Shown here one piece after another: positions 59,087-64,000 of a stretch of 64,000 bases of DNA; the first letter of the stretch is position 1, and every line of letters begins with the position of its first letter. The position numbers and the translations under genes are program-made. The notes beneath the pieces were generated by a model. It saw nothing but the letters and a program-made list of their open reading frames with translations. It ran no database searches and was not told the DNA's origin. The stretch is from an uncultured Gammaproteobacteria bacterium (lineage in GTDB: Bacteria > Patescibacteriota > Patescibacteriia > UBA9934). The stretch covers positions 1,591-65,590 of the forward strand of contig CAYPWV010000004.1 in NCBI GenBank assembly GCA_964414795.1, given 5' to 3'.

Positions 59087-59479
59087 CTACTCTTCACTCT
59101 CCGCGCTCTTCTTTCCTCCTTTTTTCCCTACATTCACCACCTGCGCAGCTTCTTCACCCATGCGTACCGTACCATTTACCTGAGCGCCGGCGTTTACCGA
59201 AAGCACATCTACCGACAAATCGCCTGTAAACTTTGAAGAAGGCATAAGTTCAAGCTTTCCTAAAATGTGCATCGTACCTCGAACATCTCCCGAAATAACT
59301 GCATTTTGCGCACGAATATCGGCCTCAACCTTTGCGCCGTCACCAATACGCAAATCGCCTGCGGTGGTGATTGTTCCACGAACTTCTCCCTCAATAACAA
59401 TGTCCCCTTCTGCAATAAACTCTCCCTCAATACGGACACCGTGCGCAATGATTGTTTCGTTGTAGGTATTTTTTGCCAT
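59087..59479 (-). CDS. Bactofilin (polymer-forming cytoskeletal protein)
   Basis: TII..G..IEG...G.I.IEG.V.G.I beta-helix repeats. Confidence 0.92.
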   Translation of the reverse strand: MAKNTYNETIIAHGVRIEGEFIAEGDIVIEGEVRGTITTAGDLRIGDGAKVEADIRAQNAVISGDVRGTMHILGKLELMPSSKFTGDLSVDVLSVNAGAQVNGTVRMGEEAAQVVNVGKKGGKKSAESEE

Positions 59480-59496
59480 AAGATGGATAGAGTGTG

Positions 59497-61200
59497 TTAC
59501 ATTTCTTCAATTGCTGCAATGCCAAGGAGGCCTAGGGCGTTAATAAGCACCTGACGCACGGCGCTACAAAGTGCCAACCGCTCTGCGGTTCCCTCGAGAT
59601 CATCTTCTGAAAGGACGCGTACGGATTCGTAGTATCGAGCATATGTTTGTGCGACATCAAAGGCGTATTGAGCAATGACCGATGCCTTGAGCTGCAGTCC
59701 GGCTTGTAAAACGACTTCGGGATATCTCGCAATCGCCAGAAAAAGTTCGCGCTCGAGTGCGTGCCCTACGTGTGTTATTTCTTTTGCGGGCTTTACCCCT
59801 GCTTTTTTAAGGATGCTTGAAATGCGCGCGATGGTATACATCACGTAGGGTCCAGTAAATCCCTCAGCTGCCATCGCCTCTTCCATGGAGAAGGTGATCA
59901 CCTTATCTGGATCTTGTTTGAGCATGCCAAACTTGATGGAAGCAAAGAGCAGGGCTTTTGCCGTTTTTTGAACTTGCTTCTCTTTCCAATCTGCATGACG
60001 AGAGCGGATGGCTTCGACAAGTTTTTTCATCATGGTATCTCTTACGAGGCTCCACCGAATTGCCGTGCCCTTACGAGAGCTCATAGCGCCCTCGGGAAGA
60101 GTTACAAAATCATATCCCAAATGCACCACTTCTCGAGCAAAGCCCATTTTCTTGAGCGTTGCTGCAAGCTGCTTCATGGCAAGTGCCTGGCGAACGTCGA
60201 TTACATATAAGGAACGGTCTGCGTGATAATCTTGTTCTTTATGCAACGCAAGCGCGAGGTCTTTTGCGTTGTAGAGCAATGTTCCATCGGTTTTGCGCAG
60301 TAAATTTACTCCGAGTTTTTCTTCCTCAAGATCAACAATTGCTGCACCTTGAGACATTTTTGCAATGCCGTCGGTAAGCAACTTTTTTACAATTTCGTGT
60401 GACTCTTCAATGAAATCATGTTCGAGATAAATTTTATCGAGCTCTAAACCAAACTCGGCAAATACTTCTTTCAAACCGTCCATCGACCACTTGTGTGTTT
60501 TTTTCCAAAGCGCGACATGTGGACCTTCCATGTTTTCTAAATCGCGTTGGATTTGGGAAACTTCAGCCCGTTTTGTGTCATCATTTTCTACCGCTGCAAC
60601 GCCTTCAACATAGGCGGTATCGAGAAAGTTTAATTTATCTCCCTCTGGTTCAACGTCAGGATAAATATGCATCAGACCCCAAATACACTTTGCAACATTG
60701 TTTCCAAGATCGTTGATGTAGGAAACTGGAACAACCTCATATCCGTTTGCACGAAGGATCTCTACCGCGGATTGCCCGACGGTAAAATTGCGAATGTGCC
60801 CGATGTGGACATCTTTATGCGTGTTGAGATTTGCATACTCCACCATCACGCGTTTTCCTTTTCCGGTGGTTCCTTTTCCGTACCGACTCTTTTGCGTAAG
60901 AACATCCTTTACGGCATGTGCGGCAAAAGCATCGGTGTTGAATACAAAGTTTACATAGGGTCCAACTGCATGAATACGGCTAATAAGCGGGGATGGTCCG
61001 ATTTTTGCAGAAAGTTCGATAGCGATTTCCGCAGGATTGCGCTGCATGCCTTTTGCAAGTTGGAAACAGGGAAAGCTGAGATCTCCGTACTCTGGTTTTG
61101 GAGGTGCAGAAAGCATGTCACCCGTAACGGTGAATGTTTTGCCGATGTGCTTTTTAAGCGCGGTGAGCGCTTCTTTTTTTGCTTGTTGGAGGGCGTACAT
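59497..61200 (-). CDS. argS: Arginyl-tRNA synthetase
   Basis: GPYVNF, VEYANLNTHKDVHIGHIRN, MSSRKG, TGPYV.Y..ARI.SI. Confidence 0.96.
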   Translation of the reverse strand: MYALQQAKKEALTALKKHIGKTFTVTGDMLSAPPKPEYGDLSFPCFQLAKGMQRNPAEIAIELSAKIGPSPLISRIHAVGPYVNFVFNTDAFAAHAVKDVLTQKSRYGKGTTGKGKRVMVEYANLNTHKDVHIGHIRNFTVGQSAVEILRANGYEVVPVSYINDLGNNVAKCIWGLMHIYPDVEPEGDKLNFLDTAYVEGVAAVENDDTKRAEVSQIQRDLENMEGPHVALWKKTHKWSMDGLKEVFAEFGLELDKIYLEHDFIEESHEIVKKLLTDGIAKMSQGAAIVDLEEEKLGVNLLRKTDGTLLYNAKDLALALHKEQDYHADRSLYVIDVRQALAMKQLAATLKKMGFAREVVHLGYDFVTLPEGAMSSRKGTAIRWSLVRDTMMKKLVEAIRSRHADWKEKQVQKTAKALLFASIKFGMLKQDPDKVITFSMEEAMAAEGFTGPYVMYTIARISSILKKAGVKPAKEITHVGHALERELFLAIARYPEVVLQAGLQLKASVIAQYAFDVAQTYARYYESVRVLSEDDLEGTAERLALCSAVRQVLINALGLLGIAAIEEM

Positions 61201-61204
61201 AGTA

Positions 61205-61282
61205 ATGAGTTGGGCTAGTGGGGCTAGTAGGCTAGGTAAGAAACATGCTTATACCTAGCCCGCCTAGCACAACTAGCCTACT
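61205..61282. repeat. Inverted short-period GGCTAG repeat array
   Basis: GGGCTAGT GGGGCTAGT AGGCTAGG ... CCTAGCC CGCCTAGC ACAACTAGCCT between tyrS and argS. Confidence 0.7.
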
Positions 61283-61289
61283 TTAGAAC

Positions 61290-62669
61290 TTATTTAACTA
61301 ATCTCACAAATCCTCTTTTTCCCTTCTGCAATACCAGTGGCAATGCAGAGGCATCAATCTTCATCTCTTCATCCTTCACTACTTCATTACCTACCTTCAC
61401 ACCTCCTTGCCCAATTAACTGACGAGCATTTGTTTTTGATGTGGCTAATTTGGTGTTCACGAGAATGTCGACAAGCGGCGTTCCGTCCGCAACGTGCACT
61501 TCGTCCATTTCTTCGGGTGCGGCATGCTCTTGGAAGACTTGGACGAAATGCGCACGAGCTTTCTCCCCTGCTTCGTTGCCATGATAGAGGCCAACGACAC
61601 GTTCTGCGAGTTCCATTTTAATATCACGAGGATTTTCTCCGGAGTCGAGGCGACTCTTTATGTTCGTGAGATCAGCTTCTGTTGCGTCGAGCACGTACGT
61701 GAAATATGACGTAATCATGCTATCGCCCATGGACATGATTTTTCCAAACATGTCCTCTGGTGCATCATCGATTGCAATCATACCGCCTTCTGATTTGCTC
61801 ATTTTCTTTCCTTCGTCGTTTGTCAGCAACTTTACTGCAACAACGAACTTTTCTTTTGGTTTGTGGCCAAGAACACCCGCTTTCATAAGCGTTCGACCTG
61901 CGAGCATGTTGAACGTTTGATCGTTTCCGCCAATTTCGATATCAACATCCATCGCAACAGAATCAAATCCTTGCATGAGCGGGTACATGAATTCGTGGAG
62001 ACCGATTGGAGATGGAGGTAAAAACTTACTCTTATCCCCTGCGATATAATTTAATTTTTTACAAACAGAACATTTTACTCGAGTTTCTTTAAAAATATCA
62101 CTATTTGTTTCTTCAAAAACCTCCAAAGATTCAAATGAAAATGGAGAGATGAAGGTATTTTTGCAAGAGTCGCAAATAATTTTCCAACTCGAACGCTTCT
62201 CGAACATGTCGCGTTCCATCATTTGTTGCACGGTAAATTGAGACGAAAGCTCAACAACTTCCTTGAGGGTCAATTTCGCGAGCCATTCGTCGTTGAATAG
62301 CATTTTTGCAGGATTTTCTCCGTCGAAGCGAATGATTTTTGCCGCTTGTCCTTTGTACGTTTGCGCGTTCGCCATCACTTCGTCGGCTGTGAGTTGCTTG
62401 CGGGTTGCAGCTTTGTCGGTTGGGTCACCGATCATTGCGGTAAATGAACCGATGAGCAAAATGACCTCGTGGCCGAGATCTTGAAACTCACGCAGCTTTT
62501 TGAACTGCATGGCATGGCCGATGTGGAGGTGGGGAGAAGTTGGATCAACACCCACGTACAAGCGGAGCTTTTTTCCGGATTCGAGAACCTTTTGGAGAGC
62601 TTCGGCAGTTGGATAGACGCGCTCGACGTTATGCGTGAGGACGTGGTTGATAGGATTAGGGATTTGCAT
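61290..62669 (-). CDS. tyrS: Tyrosyl-tRNA synthetase with Zn-ribbon-like insertion
   Basis: GVDPTSPHLHIGH, IGDPT, YPLMQGFDS, KMSKS, S4-like C-terminus. Start reassigned to ATG 62669. Confidence 0.95.
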   Translation of the reverse strand: MQIPNPINHVLTHNVERVYPTAEALQKVLESGKKLRLYVGVDPTSPHLHIGHAMQFKKLREFQDLGHEVILLIGSFTAMIGDPTDKAATRKQLTADEVMANAQTYKGQAAKIIRFDGENPAKMLFNDEWLAKLTLKEVVELSSQFTVQQMMERDMFEKRSSWKIICDSCKNTFISPFSFESLEVFEETNSDIFKETRVKCSVCKKLNYIAGDKSKFLPPSPIGLHEFMYPLMQGFDSVAMDVDIEIGGNDQTFNMLAGRTLMKAGVLGHKPKEKFVVAVKLLTNDEGKKMSKSEGGMIAIDDAPEDMFGKIMSMGDSMITSYFTYVLDATEADLTNIKSRLDSGENPRDIKMELAERVVGLYHGNEAGEKARAHFVQVFQEHAAPEEMDEVHVADGTPLVDILVNTKLATSKTNARQLIGQGGVKVGNEVVKDEEMKIDASALPLVLQKGKRGFVRLVK

Positions 62670-62682
62670 ATATGTACTTATC

Positions 62683-62783
62683 GTCATGCCGGACACCGAT
62701 CCGGCATCCATCGTTTCTTGATGCGCTGGATCCCGGGTCGAGCCACTGTCGTTCGCGAACGACGTGGTCGAGCCCGGGATGAC
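62683..62783. repeat. GTCATnCCGG double palindrome with nested hairpin
   Basis: Nested ACTGTCGTTCGCGAACGACGT flanked by a duplicated GGTCGAGCC. Confidence 0.85.
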
Positions 62784-62794
62784 GAAGACTCACC

Positions 62795-64000
62795 TTATTC
62801 TCCCACACTTTTTAATTCTCTACGAAGTGCATCGTGACGTGCCTGGGCGTCGGCGAGCTTTTGCTTTTCTTGGGCGATGACGTGCTCGGGAGCACGGGCA
62901 ACGAATTCGGCGTTTTCGAGCTTTGCAGAAAGTTGCGTGACGAACTTTTCTACGGATGCGATTTCTTTTTCTAATCGTTCGCGCTCTTTTGCAACGTCGA
63001 CCATACCCGCAAGAGGCATAGCGATGGTCATGCTGCCAACCACTGCTTTTGCAACTCCTTCGGATGGAATAACGTCCACGGACTCGATGGTGACGCGCGC
63101 CATTTTTTCGATCATGGTTTTGTCGGCACTGAGAGACGCCATAAATGGCGTCTCTACGAACACGTTCACCGTCGCTTTCTGATCCACCTTGTACTGCGCA
63201 CGGATATTACGGATTGCAACGATGACTTCTTGTACTTCAGCAAATTGCTTTTCTGCAGATTCGTTTACCAAATGCTTGAGATCATCAGCTTTCGGCCATT
63301 CAGCAACGATAATAAGTCCGCTTTTCCATTGCTTGTAGATTTCTTCGGTAACAAACGGCATGAAGGGGTGCCAGAGAATGAGGAGACGTTCGAGTATAAA
63401 CAAGAGGATATCGTCTTTTTTAGCCTGAAGGGAAGGTAATCCTTCTCCTTCAGGCTTTCCTTCTGCTTTCGCGATTTCAAGATACCAGTCGGCAAATTCT
63501 CCCCACGTAAAGTCGCGAAGGATTTCTCCGGCGAGCGACAGGTCGTATGACTCGTGCAGCTTTGTCACTTTTCCGACGACAGTTGCAAAGCGAGAAAGAA
63601 TCCACTTGTCTGCGAGGGTGTGGGGTGTTGGGAGTGGGGTGTGACGAACTTCAGAAACACCTCCGAGGACAAAACGGGAAATGTTCCACAGTTTGTTGGT
63701 AAAATTACGGAAGCCTGCAATTTTTTCTTCGGAAAGTTTGAGATCGTTTCCGGGAGTGTTGCCGAGCACAAGGGAAAGACGCGTTGCATCTGCACCGTAT
63801 TTTTCAATCATCGTTAGCGGATCGATAATATTGCCGAGCGATTTGCTCATTTTTCTTCCCTGTTCATCGCGCACAAGACCGTGCAGATAGACCGTTTTGA
63901 ACGGCACATCGTTCACCAAGTACGTTGACATGAGAATCATGCGCGCAACCCAAAAGAACAAAATATCGTATCCGGTTTCAAGAACGGAAGTGGGGTGATA
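62795..64000 (-). CDS. valS: Valyl-tRNA synthetase, C-terminal part (start outside window)
   Basis: ETGYDILFFWVARM, KMSKSLGN, NKLWN..RF, LWHPFMPFVTEE, C-terminal coiled coil. Confidence 0.97.
   Translation of the reverse strand, partial: YHPTSVLETGYDILFFWVARMILMSTYLVNDVPFKTVYLHGLVRDEQGRKMSKSLGNIIDPLTMIEKYGADATRLSLVLGNTPGNDLKLSEEKIAGFRNFTNKLWNISRFVLGGVSEVRHTPLPTPHTLADKWILSRFATVVGKVTKLHESYDLSLAGEILRDFTWGEFADWYLEIAKAEGKPEGEGLPSLQAKKDDILLFILERLLILWHPFMPFVTEEIYKQWKSGLIIVAEWPKADDLKHLVNESAEKQFAEVQEVIVAIRNIRAQYKVDQKATVNVFVETPFMASLSADKTMIEKMARVTIESVDVIPSEGVAKAVVGSMTIAMPLAGMVDVAKERERLEKEIASVEKFVTQLSAKLENAEFVARAPEHVIAQEKQKLADAQARHDALRRELKSVGE

Overview
The window looks like a Patescibacteria (CPR, probably ABY1/Uhrbacteria-like) chromosome segment. 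This is inferred from the gene repertoire, a 3063-aa Cys/Asp-rich surface protein and the mostly Shine-Dalgarno-free starts. Code 11 is used. About 1-16 kb is an island-like region with a large serine recombinase, a tRNA-Asn-gatCAB-aspS-racemase-lysE operon, two DNA methyltransferases, an HTH protein and a Gabija-type OLD nuclease/UvrD pair. About 16-32 kb mixes core genes (ftsEX, murE) with TA modules and isolated GC-rich secreted-protein genes. About 32-64 kb is mostly core (rsmA, prfB, groESL, yidC, nusA, argS, tyrS, valS). The strongest unannotated signals are four. (1) A 23-codon Asn/Gln leader peptide with a complete 1:2/2:3/3:4 attenuator in front of tRNA-Asn-gatCAB-aspS. (2) A tRNA-like gene with alanine acceptor identity, an 8-nt non-Ala anticodon loop and a 3' trailer complementary to both halves of its own anticodon arm, next to hicBA. 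(3) A family of heptamer-armed, nested palindromic elements, one carrying a four-helix-bundle gene, with related palindromes in frame inside valS and an O-antigen ligase. (4) GC-rich, SD-led lipoprotein or beta-barrel-like genes with structured leaders. All calls were made by eye. No database search or folding calculation was run.
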